Assembly (NCBI GenBank): GCA_002633005.1
Contig: NMRA01000418.1
Span: forward strand, 79,330-143,329
DNA: 64,000 nt
From: Phoronis australis
Taxonomy: Eukaryota; Animalia; Phoronida
Direction of reading: 5' to 3'
A program made the translations under genes and the position numbers. Under the pieces are notes generated by a model. That model was not told the DNA's origin and searched no databases. It was given only the letters and a program-made list of their open reading frames with translations. This document shows positions 12,291 to 26,400 of this stretch, piece by piece; the stretch's first letter is position 1, and each line of letters starts with the position of its first letter.

Positions 12291-13136
12291 GCACTTCAGA
12301 ATACAAGATGAATGAATTGGTCTATCTTTCAGAAGAAAAATGCACCTAATGACCCCATGGGTGCACAAATGACCTGAAAATTTAGAATTCAATTGGCATG
12401 TTGACTTACACCAGTGTGCTGAAATTGAAAAGAATTCCTTGAAAAACATAAGAGATAACATTTTGAACGTTACATGACCTTTGCACTAATTGAACCTATC
12501 CGGTGCATTATAAGCGTCTTTAGGAGAATTATTGCAAAGCCCATTAAAAGTTTGTTTAATGCTGAGAATCACAGTTGTCTAACGGTTGACACATCAGAAT
12601 GCTTGCTGTTTGAAAAGGTCAAATTTTCAGAAGAAAAATGCACCTAATGACCCCATGTTTGCACTAAATGACCTGAAACTTTGGCTTCCACATTGAATTA
12701 CCTGTGCCAATCAGACCTGCCAATTTGAGGTGTCTAGCTCAAAATTTTAGTTTGCACCTAATGACCTTTGACCTATTTCACCTGATTGGATGACCCGATT
12801 ACTTAGAAAAGTAATTTTTTAAATTGCCTTAGTGACTTATACCTGTGCACCGAATTTGAAAAGAATAGCTTTAAAAACGAAGGAGTAGCATTTTGAAAAT
12901 TACATGCCTTTGCACCAAATGACATCTCCCGGTGCAATATGGAATATGATTTTATAACGAATAAAAATTTTTGTACTAAAAAAAATCACATGCAGAATTT
13001 AAAGAACATGTCTGCACCCATTTTGGAGTTATTAAGCCTCAAAGTTGGTCGGAAGAAGAATAAGAAGAATAAGAATAAGAATAAAATTGAAGAAAACCCA
13101 GGAACAACAGTATTCTGCGCTTACACGTGCAGAGTA
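12291..13136 (+). mobile_element. HINE-like element, family 2 (TGACCTTTGACC units, (AAGAAT)n tail, terminal hairpin)
   Basis: Copies also at ~19860-20135, 42243-42705 and 43872-44818. Ends CTGCGCTTACACGTGCAG after the AAGAAT microsatellite. Confidence 0.65.
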
Positions 13137-16100
13137 ACTACAACTAGTAGGTGCCAGGGTAGTCAAAGTCGTCATCATCATCCGTCCTCTTCACACTGAG
13201 AACATATATGCCATCCTTAGAATGATTTGATTGATAGAGAGGTAGACTCGAAAACAGCAAAAAATGGCCACTATGTGGTGTAAATTACGTTGATTCTATC
13301 CAAAAATGGGAGGATTGCGTCATCTCATCAATAGATGCCCGTATTCAAAATTTTATGAAAATCTGTTGAGGACCTTTGAACATACAGAGGTAAACGTAAA
13401 ACTTAAATTGCCACCAGGGGGCATACCAGTACTCAGATCCATCTCAAAATAATCGTCGTTTGTTGTCACCATCATGTAAACACGCTTCCTAATATTAGTA
13501 AAGATCCTACAAACGGTTTATGAGATATAGCTATGGGCGGAAATTAAACTGCCACTAGGAGGCGCCACAATAATCAAAGTCATCGGAAAATCATCGTCAG
13601 CTGTTCACTTTATGATCAAAACATAAATGCCAATTTTCACAATAATCCTGAAAGCGGATTGGTTTATAGAGGGGTGGACGCCAAAAACAGAATCGAAAAC
13701 AGTAAAAAGGGACACTAGGTGGCGTAAACTGAAAATGGAAAGATAGCATCACCTAACAGAAGCCTGTACGCCAAATTTTATGAAAATATGTTGAGGACCT
13801 TTGAAGATTCAGAGGAAAACATAAAAAATAAAATTGCCACTAGGTGGCAGACCAGTCAGCAGATCTGTCCGAAAGTCGTCGTCCATTGTCAACATCATAT
13901 AAATAAATGCACTTACTAATTTAGTAAAGATGCTGCAAAACGGTTAAGGAGATAAAGGCACAGGCACCAAAAAATAAAACTGCCACTAGGAGACGCCACA
14001 GTAGTTGAAGTCGTCGGAAAATCATTGTCAACCTTCATCTTCATAGTAAAAACATACATGCCAATTTTCACAATCATGCTTAGAGCGGTTTGATTGATAG
14101 AGGGGCGGACATCAAAAAACAGACTTGAAAACAGTAAAAATGGCCACTAGGTGGCGCAAACTATCTCGAATCCATCCGAAAACGGCAGGATGATGTCATT
14201 TTACTAATTATGTACCAAATTTCATGAAAATACCTTGAGGACCTTTGAAGATAGAGGTAAACGTAAAAAAACAAATTGCCACTACGGGGCACACCGGCAG
14301 TTGGATCAGTCGGAAAGTTCGTTCATGCCGTCCCATTTATGAAAGGAATATATGTCCAAAATTTCATGAGCATACCTCTACCGGTTTTGGAGATAGAGCA
14401 GCAGACGCCAGAAGCTAGACACCGGAAGCCGTATGGACGCAGATAACAGCATAATGCGTCCACAAATAAATATGTGGATGCATAATAAACCAAAGTTGAG
14501 GGTAACTAACAGGAAAGTTAGTAAACAGGTCAACCTTGAGACAGAAATTAAAACTGTGTTTCTGTTTCTGTTTCTGTTTCTGTGGTGACGTCAGAGGGTA
14601 GGCAGCGGGATAGTCCCTGGTCCTAACCCTTCCAGTATCGCACGCAATGTAAATTTTGAGATGCTGTGACTATACTAAAATTACTGGTCTCATCTAAAAG
14701 CCCAATCTGACCAGGTGTCCTGTAACTTTCAATTTTTTGGCTAAATGCACACATTTTTGAGTGTCACGGGACCCTAAAAATTAGCTCGATTTTGATGTGT
14801 GTTGCTAATTCTTGTCATAAAAATGCTAATTATGGGTACTTCACTATACTATCAAATTTGTGCAATCACATGAACCCCAAACTTTATAAAAATAACATCT
14901 CAACTTTGGCACATCATTGACTTCTTGGGGTCAAAGGTCATCTCCTGGATATCATGGTGCCGGATGCCGTCCACCACAAGAGTGTTAAATAGTTTAGTTA
15001 ATGTTAAGTTTTCAATCACAATTAAAATATTAGTTCCTGATTCTTATTTAACTAGTTACGCAATAAAGACCAACAATTTAGATCATAGGGATTATTTGTT
15101 AAGTCAGAAATTGCGTGACAGACGTACAGCGAATTTGTACGTCCGTCACCTCCGTCCATCACAGCCAAGAAATTACAATTTTTCAGTCAATAAAAATAAC
15201 CTTCGGTCATATTTTTACTTTCAAAATTTGCAGAAGATAAACTGTATCTCACACCTAAGATCCTTAAAGTGACAAAATGATAATACAAAGGCAGCTTAAT
15301 AATTAAGTGAATAAGTTGCCGCAGATTTAAACTCAATGCATTGGACTTTTTCAATTTCAAAAGTATTCATTTTGTAGAAAAGTCATAGTTTAAATTGTCA
15401 TCTACTTATTCTTTAGTAGAATTCATTTCATTAAAATCAGACAGTTCAACTAAATTACAAAATGTAAACAAAACAAAATGATAATTAAATGAAGTTAATA
15501 TTTCTATCTGTTGGTATGCCCGTGTTTGTAAAAAAATGCTTAGCTTTCAGAAAAAATCAAGATGCAAAAATATTCATACAAAAAGTTCCTAAGATGCTCT
15601 AGAGTGTAAATAACAAAAGACCTAAAGGAAGACATGTCAAGTTGCTGTTGCAATGTATTCAACATGTTATTTTTGCTCTGACCTGCCACGCTGTATTTTT
15701 GTTGAAAAAGCAGATACTGGGCCTTTTCAAGCGGTAGGGACCTACCACCTACTTTACTGAGTACTTTTTCACACCCTCACTGTAGTCACTCGTTTTGTGT
15801 CTTTCAGTGGATTGGGTCATTGGGTGGCTCATGTATGAAATGACTTCATAGCAATTATTGTCTCATCTTTCATACTGATGATCCCTCGATCTTTTTAAGA
15901 ATTAGGCTATTTTTTTCTGCTGAGCCTCGAGTGTATTAAACAGGGGGTTTAGAAACGTTAGAGGAAATTGTTGGAGACAACGGGAACAACAGAGGGATGC
16001 AACCAGGAGAAGTATAAATATCTGCTGGAATATTCTCTGAAAACATGCAATTGTGAATCAAAAAATTTATAACCTGTACTTGCGTGTACTGTGATGTCAC

Positions 16101-17351
16101 ATCACCTTTACTAATATATACATGGGCATGGGTCAGAACCATCAACAACATGGCCCAGAAAATATGTTTGTTAAAGTTAAGGGCGAGCTCTCATTTCAAA
16201 AACAAATAATTAAAATATGTTCTCATTACAATGATGATTTATTGTTTTAAACTTTGTTTCACACTTTGTATTGTGACAGTCACATTTCCTTATTACTTTT
16301 GATTTTGTATTCTATTTAACCCATTAAAACATTTTTCCTGATAAACTAAAATCTGTCAAATACAAAATGATTATCACTTTCATTTCCATCTGTATGGCTT
16401 GCCATCTTCAAAGGGAAGAAAAGATTTTTGGGGGTTGTTTCACATCTTTGAACAAATGTATTGGAAAGTTAACATCCTAGAATATATTCGTAACATACGG
16501 CCACCTGTTACGATTTCATGCAAATGGTCAGTCACTACATTTTAATTACATCGAATAATAGTACCAAAAGACCAATATAACTGAAATAGTGCAAATGTAT
16601 TAATTATTCTGAATTGATATCTTTAAGTCACAAAAAACAATTTATTTCTAGAAATTTAGAGCGTACGTCCGTCACTAACTCAACTTAATATATCAAGCTG
16701 TCTCACAAAAATTTCTTAGAAGATATTGTCAAAAAATTAGTGTGTTGTAGTTTGCAAACATTCCACTAATTCTTCATATAAAACAAAAATTGTAACTTTA
16801 TGCCACTCAAAGAAAATTAAACTTAACAACTTAAAAAAATAATTCAAATTGTCCGCGTAAGTCCGTCACACCTGAGGCAATTTTCTCAGTCAGACCAAAA
16901 GTTGTTGCTTGGAAAGCGATCAATGACATCTATCAAACAGGAACTAAACAAATAATTGCACAGAGCTCCTAGTGATGAGTCTAGGGATCATTTTGTCCAC
17001 CTGTAATTCATTGAGGTGGGAATTTTTGGAAAATGAAGTTGTTAACTCTGGCATTTTCTATGAGTCAAATGGTTCAAGTGGCAGGTAGAGAGAATGCAAT
17101 ATTAATAAAAAATTTGAAAGTACCCCAAGAATGCAACACATGAAATTAAGGTCATGAAGGAAAACGTATAACATGCATTACCAATGGTGATTACTGAGAA
17201 AGCACATCTCAATGTATCTTGGAGGTTACAATAGAATCGTGGTTCATTACAACAATTTCCTAAGTAATATGCAGTTACTGACATCCTACTAATGCATATT
17301 TTAACCTAAAACAGGAATGAGTACCATGACACAGTTTAAATAGCAACTTAC

Positions 17352-17675
17352 CGGTCTCCTTAAGGGCCTCAGTTTCAGCGTATAAAGTAGCCTGTCTGTT
17401 GGACACTTGACATCGGAACTGTACGCCATCATCAGCTGCTTCCAAGTTGACCGTCAGTATGCTGCTGCCGTTTGTGGTTCCATCATTGTTGTTGGCAGTA
17501 GTCTTGGTAAGATTCTCTGTTATATCTGTGTAGGCACCGCTACCAATCCGACGTGACCACACCATAGATGCCTGTGGTTTGCCCAAGTTGGCCGTACATA
17601 TAAGGACAGTTGGTCCTGCTCCACCAAGAACAGGCTGCGTCGGGGCTCCAGATATAGATGGTGTACTTGGACGGA
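17352..17675 (-). CDS. Gene A exon 3: C2-type (nephrin/CD80-like) Ig domain
   Basis: aacag acceptor, G|gtaagt donor, 324 nt, phase 1-1. Reads RPSTPSISG...TVLICTANLGKPQASMVW...GSSILTVNLEAADDGVQFRCQVSN, with C..W..D.G.F.C intact and in frame with exon 2 (T+TC=F). Confidence 0.9.
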
Positions 17676-18116
17676 CTGTTCATGTGGAAACAAGTTTAAA
17701 TTAAGCATTACAGCACCAATGCACCTATCTACAATTGATCACCAAGGTACTTTAAGACACTTTGACAAGTGAACGATGTTCTTGCATGCGCTTACCCTCA
17801 ATTTGGCATGATAAAATGTGCTCAGACTTCTACATGGCTTTTTTTAACATGTACATGTAGTAGCAACCTCTGTTAAAACTTATGATACATTTGAATAGCC
17901 ACCATCGCCACTTGAAGATTGCTGACACTTGAATAATTACGGGTCACCTTAATAGTTGCGGGCGCCATTTATTAATGCAGTCCACAGATCCACCGACCAC
18001 AATACAGCCAAGAGCGCGGCAAGATGGTGGGTCAACCATTCCGAAGCATGTTCAGTCTAATAAATCACATTATGGATGACCGAAATTTGGAGAAGTTAAC
18101 CGAGGCAATTGTAGAA

Positions 18117-19856
18117 CATGCTATGAACAGTTCCACTAAATAAGATTGGTCCTAACCCCGCTTGTCAAGGTAAACGGTGGGGTATGGAAAATTGAACTAG
18201 ACTGTATTTATCCACCTTGGCTGAGTCGCGCTCGGCTCACGATCAAAGGGGATGCCGCCAAGCTGCTCTATTCATCGAGTCACGAGCGAGGATAATTGGC
18301 TTCGCTAATGCAGATATGATCAGCTGATTACAATCTACTTAGCAGACTGTATTTTTTATGGAGAGAGTTTTAAGTAGTTTTTACTGTATTATTTGAAAAA
18401 AAGAGCGAAAGTTAATATGAGTACAACTTTGAATTTTTCAAAGCGGCCCAGGATAAGAGATTTTGCAACACAGCAACACTCACGATTACTTTCAATCGGC
18501 GCACACGAATACAAAAATATAGGACCCAAGTTATTTAGATTTTGGAACACATGCATTCTACTATTAAAAATACGTTTATTATGAATCACAAGATGTAAAA
18601 CGACATTGTTTAATTTCATTGTGCTCATTCATTGTCATCCGTCAAATCGGCAATTTCCGAGATGTGATCTGCGGCGTGCGCGTCTGAACAAATCACGTGA
18701 TTGTTATGTTCCTGAAGTACGAAAATTAAGAAACTTTAGCATGCCGTTATTATTGACAGGGACACGATAAAACGAATTTGGATTTTGACTATAGTCTTGT
18801 TACAGCGAGCTGGCTGACCACTGCGTCAGTGTCTCCGTTAGACCCAGAAATTTCACTCAGCCCGGGTAGTTCACTTCGTCCCTAACAGGTAGATCAAGCC
18901 TTGGACTACTGTATTACTATTAGTACTCCACGGTAGCGCTAAAGACTGTCGGCCTGAGCACACAAAATCTGTGAGTTAACCAGCACTCACCTTGCAAGTT
19001 GCAGCTGTTTAAATGAAAAATCAATCTAGTAAACGCCATTTTCCTGCTTAATCCTTTTGTAACAAAAAAGTCTATCGTCGATGACCCGCACACGCACGCT
19101 CCGCACTAACTCATACGCAGACGAACTTCAAAACAAACGTCACGTGACAACAACATGTGTGTTCATACAGAGATTTTCTCGTGTTGTGGGGTACGATGTA
19201 GTGCAGATTTGGACTTAATCGCAATTAATCTGGACTCCGCATGAACTTTAAAAATTGTAAAACATAAGGAAGATTTCAGGTAATTTGTTGAGTCGAAACT
19301 ATATTTTTATTCAAGAGTTCAAGTTTTCCTATTGACGATGGCGATTCAGCGACGCATCAGTCGGTAAGTTTTCGCCCTGTGATGAGCACAATTTTTTGAA
19401 AATTTATCGTAATTTAACAACGGAAGTTCATAGCAATGCGCCACAATTTTGTAGAAAGACTGTCATAGGCTACAAATACGCCACAGCACGTAAATTTGAT
19501 GAATCCGAGCTTCCGATTTTACCCGTTTGGGAAACCGGGTTTCAACTGCCGTAGGCTACAATGAGCTTCGCTCCCCGTGAACTGAATTTTTCTAAGCGTT
19601 TATTAGAGCCAATACACTATACAGCTTTCCACCAAGGCTAGGTGATGTACAACATTATTCTTTGTTGCATTAGTAACTGGTCTTGGCTAATTATCATTTA
19701 ATGGCCTGGTCATCCATTCAGCCAAAACTAGTTCTAGAGGTGGCTTATCAGCCAATTATTTAAGCATTCTGACTCACACTAAGCCTGATAAGAGTGAAGG
19801 TCGATAAATGTAGTGTTCCTAGAGTTTCTTGTGGTAGTGGATGTGTTCATGACATG
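18117..19856. mobile_element. CATG-terminal non-autonomous DNA element; partial copies at 557-714 and 63677-64000 (inverted)
   Basis: Imperfect ~20-bp TIRs CATGCTATGAACAGTTCCAC and GTGGATGTGTTCATGACATG. The right arm occurs three times in the window. No TSD seen. Confidence 0.55.
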
Positions 19857-21338
19857 CAGACATGTAAATTTGAAAAGTCTAGCTCAAAATCTTAGTTTGC
19901 ATCTAATGACCTTTGACCTATTTAACCTGATTGGATGACTCAATTACTTATAAAAAGCATTTTTCAAATTGTATTGTTGACTTATACCTGGGCACCAAAT
20001 TTAAAAGGAACAGCTTTAAAAATGAAGTAGGATTTTGAAAGCTACATGACCTTATTACCAAATGACCACTTCCGGTGCATTATGGCCCGATTATATAATG
20101 AATTAAAATTTATGTATAAATATGTGGACGCATAAAAATGGCCACTAGGTGGCGCAAACTATGTCAAATCCAGCCGAAAATGGGAGGATAGCGTCATCTG
20201 ATGTGCCGAATTTCATGAAAATCGGTTGAGGACCTTTGAAGATCCAGCGGCAGATGTAAAAAACTAAAACTGCCACTAGGGGGCACGGCGGTATTCGGGT
20301 CCGTCCAAAACTCATCATCGCTCGTTGTCAACTTCTTATAAACACATTTGCTGCATTTAATAAGACCCTTAGAGCCTTTAGGAGATACAGCTATGCGCGC
20401 AAAAACAAACAAAACTGCAAGTAGGAGGCGCCACAGTAGTCGAAGTCGTCGGAAAATCATTGTCAACTGTCCTCTTCATTGTAAGAACATGCATGACAAT
20501 TTTCGCAATCATCCTGACAGAGGGTCAGACGCCAAAAATTGGACTCGAAAATACTAAAAATGGCCACTAGATGGCGCAAAATACCTTGAATCAATCCGGA
20601 AACGTAAGAATAGTGCACCGCATTTCAAGAAAATCGGTTGAGGACCTTTGAAGATACAGAGGAAAACATAAAAAATAAAATTGCCACTAGGGGGCACAGC
20701 GGTATTTGAGTCGGTCCGAAACTCAGTGCCCTTTGTTGTCAACCCCATGGGAACACACCTGCCAAATTTCAATCATATCCTGTAAGTGGTTTAGGAGATA
20801 CAGCCGCTGACACCGGACGCCCAGACAGAGATGATGGCAATATGCACCCACATATATATATGTGGGCGTATAAAAATTACCACTAGGAGGCACACTGTTA
20901 GTAGGATTCCTCTAAAAATTCGCTCATGTCATCCCATCCATGAAAAAAACAATTTCATGAAAATGCATCCAAAGGTTTTGGAGAGTGCAGCAGATGCCTG
21001 ACGGACGAACGAGGATGACGGCATAATGCACACACATATTTACATACATGTAAAATCTGAAACAGTCCGCTAAGCTAGGAGTCCAGTTTGCTGAATCAAG
21101 TGACGGATGCAGAGACGACTCACCTATCATCTTTTAGTAGACCATTGTCAGTTGTGATGTGTGTTGTACATGTACCTGATAGCCACCAACCCACCAATGA
21201 CAATTGAGAGTAGGGAGGGGTGAAACCAGTATACTTCAGAACAAGCTATTTTTTCATCATAAAAAGTGAATTTCTTTCAAAGTGAGCGGAAATTGCATAG
21301 TTGTTAAGTTGGGGCTTCATTCTGTTACAAACATAAAT

Positions 21339-22178
21339 ATAGATTATTACATGTCGTTATCCCCGTTTACTTGAACCCGAGTGGATTTTGGAGAATAATC
21401 GCCCGAGGGGCGTTAGCCCCGAGGGTGATAATTCTCCAAAATCCACGAGGGCTCTAGATAAGGGGGATAACGACATGTAATAATCTATTTATACCACATA
21501 CTGAATGAGAAACATTGCAATGAATCGATCTACCTTTCTCAACTCGCCTTGGCTTTGTAACTACTTTCTGTTAGAGGCCCGGGGTTGGAGGTTGTGACCT
21601 TTTAAGAAAAGCCGAGCTATTTTTGTCAAAGAATGCTTATACTCAAAACCAATTGAAGATTTAAACGAAATAGAAATAAAGTGAATCTATAAATTAAGGT
21701 TTAGCAACTATTATAGCTTACTACACATTTTATCACGCCAAGCTTCGACTGGGAAAATATCGTCTGCTAAAGTAGGTTACCACTAGTAACTGGCTATAAT
21801 GCTCAAGTTAAAGGATCCCGACGACACGATACCCGCATTCAAATTCGAGATTGGTGATTTACAAGTGAGAGAACACGAGAGAAAAATTTCACTGAATTAA
21901 AATATCGTTTTGATGCGTCATATTTTTCATAGCGTATAAATGTCGGTTTCATGCCCTTTTCTGAACATGCGATTGTTGCGCGGGCTCATTTAAGTATTCT
22001 ATTTTCATGTTCGATGATGTCAGCCGCTGAGTGGTGTAGTGGTAAAGTCGGCGACTCGCAACTGTTGAGGCCAGCGTTCGAATCAGGCCTCGGTTTCCCG
22101 CCAAGATGTTATCTCACTAGTGAGATAACTTTACGGGTTATTACACGAGGCTAATATTGTGGTATAAATAGAATTATT
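21339..22178. mobile_element. Crypton-like non-autonomous fold-back element
   Basis: 150-bp palindrome at 21339-21488 with a GC-rich apex (CCGAGGGGCGTTAGCCCCGAGG), followed by the inverted pair CTATTTATACCACA / TGTGGTATAAATAG. Confidence 0.55.
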
Positions 22179-22412
22179 CTTCACTTATTTAGCACACAAT
22201 GTGGTGAACAAGTTAAATTTCTCGACAAAGACAAAGATTAAAAAAACTTGTCAGTTGTTAGCTTGTTTTTACTATGCAGATGCAATAAAACAATGGTTAA
22301 AATTTCCATTGTTTACATCAAATTAACCAGTCTTTACAAAATTGAAAAAAATTTAACAATTATGATTGTGTGTAACAACTGAAGCTGGTAATGTCATCAA
22401 TAAACTACTTAC

Positions 22413-22778
22413 AATCCACGACAAGCTGGCTAAGAGAACTTTTAGTGATGCCGCCGGTAACGGCCACTTCCACACGGTACTGGCCTTCATCATCGGGCGT
22501 AACTTGTGACAGAGTGATGCTGAAGTTGGTTTTCCCAGCAGAGTAGTCAGTAGAACAACGAGACGCATAGATAGGGTAAAACTTTCCATCATCAATAGGT
22601 GAAATACCTGGTTTATAGTAAGGAGCTTGAAACACGGTAGTTGTGCCTTTCAGTAATTTTAAATTCTCGAAAATTTCACCACTCCCCTGTACAAAACTTA
22701 TCATGAACGTAGCACTTCCACCGTTGACACCAATGACTTTTTCTGCTGTAGTTACACTTAGGGCGGAAACAAAAATTT
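22413..22778 (-). CDS. Gene A exon 2: IgV-like domain lacking the canonical Cys-Cys and Trp
   Basis: tttttcag acceptor, T|gtaagt donor, 366 nt, phase 1-1. Sequence G-G-S-A-T-F...R...NFSITLSQVTPDDEGQYRVEV...SQLVV matches the V-set E/F/G-strand pattern (L.I..V...D.G.Y). Confidence 0.88.
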
Positions 22779-24525
22779 CTGAAAAAGCAAAAAAGTAGAA
22801 ACTTATTTTTAAGGTTATCTGCAACCTTAGCTGGTGGTTAAAGCGCATCATGAGGACGAGATCGAAACACTGAAATATCAAATTACGTATCAAAGTAAGG
22901 AATTGTGGTGAGGATTTACCTCTTGCAGTGTTCATGAATACAGAGTCACAGACGTGTGAGGCGACTCGTAGCATTCGTTCTTAACGTCCACATGCATGCA
23001 AACACACAACTCCCTAAGGATCATAACAACATGTTGTTTTTGATTTTCCTAGGCATCTTTCTATCATTTGTATGCGCTATTGACCCAGTATTATGTCGAA
23101 TCGGTGAGTGAAAGGACTGAGGGTACATACGGAGCTGCTCGGTGGCTGGCTGAAGATTCCATTTGAGTGACACCACTGTGACCTTAAACAAGCAGTAAAA
23201 AAATTTGGACGCGGTTGAGCGGTTCCAGGATGGTTCTACTAATTATTTTTTCTCTCTGCACAGAATATATTTGACCCAGAACCACAAAACAAGTCTTGAG
23301 TAGGGATTAGACATTAGTGTAACTCATTTTTTTTCTGAAAATACAGTATTTTCTGATCAATTTGATGTATGAGGGCAATTCCAGTTGTGACGGACATACA
23401 ATCAGAAAACATTGTGATCAATCGTGAAAAAATGTTCATCCTAGGAAAATAATCAACACATCAATTAATAGGTCTCATTGATAGGTTTCAAACCATGTAT
23501 CAACTTTTCCCCAATCTTTTCATCTTTGCCTTTAAAAAAGTATGATGGACGGACGCAGAGAAGTTGAATTTTAAAAAAAATTGAATTTTCTGCGACTTGC
23601 ATTACCGTATTTGCCCTAATAAGCGCCCATGCCCCTATAAATGCTCCCCTTGCGTTATCAGACTGCTAAAATAAGTGCCCAGTCCATGAACGTGGCCGTA
23701 CTTCTGAAAAATGCCTCACCTACAGTTAAAATTCTACAGTAATGTCTTCAATTTATCAATAAGATTAGACAGTCCTGAAAAAATCATTGTGCGTGAGCCT
23801 CGCCGCTTTGTCGGTATTAGCCCTCACTATACACTTCAAATTTCCGTCGTGCTTCAAAAAGAATGTAAAAGTTTGGCAGATATTGTGAGGGACATGTCCT
23901 ATTATGGTCTGGCCTTTCAGAACAGATGCAGTGTACGTGTCAACTGAATTGTATTGTATCGTTGATGTACAGATCTCCCTCGACAGGAATCAAAGTATCT
24001 TTTGATGCGTGAAAACCGCGAATCAAAGGGCTCATAAAAACTTGACCTTTGTTAAAAGCACATCAGGGGGCCAAGAACCAGTCATCAATATTAGTCTTCG
24101 GGAACTCTCTATTCATGAAACGGGAAGCCCATCATCAGCCAGAAATAAATACTGGCACTTGTTTCCGAAAATTTCTAATACCGTAAAAAACGTTTGCGTT
24201 ATTTATAGGAAGAATTATTAATTAAATTAATCATAATTGGTGTTCTTAAAATCAAAATGATGCGCTGATCGTGAAACTTTCGCACCCTTACATCCCTCGA
24301 ATCTCCCAGTCATTACATTGCATTTATTCTGAAGGCGATTTTTTCAAATGAGACTATCTTATTTAGTCTCAAAGTGTGCGGAACGGTTCCACACTGTTTT
24401 TATATCCACTTTGGGCCATAAATATGGTATAGAACAAATCTATACCTTAACCTAAACATGTTTACAATGTTATATTTTTATTTCCTCCATTGGCATTTTC
24501 TTGATTAGAAGTTCAATTTTTGCTA

Positions 24526-24640
24526 TGCGGAATATTCCGCACTGCCTACGGAATATTCCGCAAAGTGCGAAAAACATTCTGCAGATTTTGCGGATTACGC
24601 AGATTTTGCGGAATATTATGCAGATTTTGCGAAATATTAC
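24526..24640. repeat. Short tandem/palindromic repeat cluster
   Basis: TGCGGAATATTCCGCA palindromes and GCAGATTTTGCG(G/A)A repeats. Confidence 0.75.
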
Positions 24641-24859
24641 GCACTTGCAAGTTAAGTGTAATATTGTGACTTGCGAAATGTTATGTATATTTTGTGGAAT
24701 AATCAAAATAATAATTTATTCAAAAAAATCAATATGACAGTTGCAGAAGGGTTCCACAAACAAAAAAGTTTAACACAGGACTAGAATTTTTAATTTTGTC
24801 CTGGCCCAATAAACATGAATTACATTCCATTCTCAATAACACTTGAAAGAATAATGTGC

Positions 24860-26400
24860 CCACTCTCAATAATTAATCAATGTGACGGTTGCTGAATGGT
24901 TCCACAATGAGTTTATGCTTTACTTAAAAGCAAAATGTACAAAAATATAACTTGCTTTTACTGATTGATTTTGAGAAAGCATTTGATTCATTGTGGTGCA
25001 ATTTTATTCAAAAAACTTTATCTTTCCTTAATTTCGGTTGGTATATCAGGGTGAAAGGGTGAAAGTCTTTTTCAGTAATACTAAGTCCTGAGTTGTCGTA
25101 AATGGTCACCCAACTTCCTAGTTCAATATTTTGGGTGGCTGCATGCAGACAAGGTGACCCTACATTTTCATATTGAGCGCGGAGATTCTGGCGTATTTAA
25201 TCAATAATAACAAAAATATTGGTGGTGCAGTAGCAGGAGATAAGGTATATTTGATTTTACAATGTGCGGAAGACACATCAATTATGTTGGACTGGGCAAT
25301 TTGTCATTGACTAGCATATTGAATGTAGAGTGGCGGACCTACGATACCATAATGAGGGCCCAACATATTGCCTCGGGGAATTGGGCAAAGCGCGATTGTA
25401 TGTGCACAGGTGGCCCAAGTTGTGGGGACTGGGATAATGAACCTTCTGTTCCGAAGATCTATATCGACTAAAAAAAACAAAAAAGGAAAGCGACCCTGCC
25501 GTGATCTGGTGTCTGAGCCCCACCCCCCCTCCCCCTTCTCCACTACTGGTCCTAGTTGCTGAGCTGAACTCAATATTTCTTCAAGCTTCACGCTCTTGCT
25601 GTATCATTTTGATTGCGGCAGCCAATTGGAGGGGGGAGGGGGGGGCGGGGCAGAGGGACCCTTAGACCCCCCTAAATCCACCTATGATATACTACATTTC
25701 TTTGCTAGAAGTGTCTCCGGTCTCCAAGTGAATGTGGATAAAACAAAAGCCACAAGGTTTGGAAGTAAAACTGGTAGCGATGTCATGATTCCTACAAAAG
25801 AAATCTGTCTTGGACAAAAAAAATCTTTAAGATTTTTGGAGGTGGATTTTGACACTCAATTGGATAGTTAATGACGCATAAGAACTTCACGGCAAGAATA
25901 ACTGAGATTAAGTCTTTATTAAAAAGTTGGAGTTGACAAAATTTAATGTTGTTTGGTAGAATAACTGTAATTAAAACTAATTCCAAACTTAATTTTTTGT
26001 TGTCAACTTTACCAAATCCACCAGTCAAAGTCTTGGATGAATTGAATGCGACATTTTTTAGATTTGTACGGCAAGCTTGTAATGATAAAATTTAACGAAC
26101 AACGGCCTGTTTAGGACTTGATCAAGGGAGACTTCAAATGATTAATATGCATACTTTCAGCAAAGCTTTAAAACTCGCCATTGGCCCGTAGATATCTTGA
26201 AAGCCCAGCGTCTAAAAATGGTGAATCACGAAACCCATTCTTAAAGAATTTTGTTCATTTGGAGATGACTTTATTAAGTTAACTCAAATTGGTAATTCCT
26301 ATTGGCGCAACGTAAGGAATGTCATCTTTCTACAAGAAAATAATTGTTGCAAGTAAAGAGGACTTTTTGAATCGACCTTTGTGGTTTAATAGTAACATGG
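24860..26400 (+). mobile_element. Decayed L1/Tx1-clade LINE reverse transcriptase, interrupted at ~25283-25686
   Basis: Fragments LLIDFEKAFDS, VVNG, RQGDP, AEILA, SGLQVNVDKTK, GRITVIKT and LPNPP, with many stops and frameshifts. Confidence 0.8.

Larger units (their letters stand above)
715..15040. repeat. Segmental duplication copy 1 (gene A 3' introns)
   Basis: Collinear with ~51348-62038 at roughly 90% identity by eye, apart from copy-specific insertions and deletions (e.g. 7205-13135 only here). Confidence 0.9.

Noticed and set aside
15936-16036. Possible terminal exon (E)NIPADIYTSPGCIPLLFPLSPTISSNVSKPPV* giving a secreted isoform of gene A
   Set aside because: Acceptor and phase fit, but there is no other support, and the downstream micro-exons indicate the gene continues. 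It needs transcript evidence.
22022-22100. Functional tRNA genes here, at 8030-8110 and at 11156-11250
   Set aside because: A and B boxes are present but acceptor and anticodon stems do not pair convincingly, so they are treated as tRNA-derived repeats.
22779-22974. N-terminal extension of the 189-aa ORF (MLRVASHVCD...)
   Set aside because: Chance read-through of intron with no signal-peptide character. The exon at 33721-33772 fits better, although a phase-1 donor near 22919 cannot be fully excluded.
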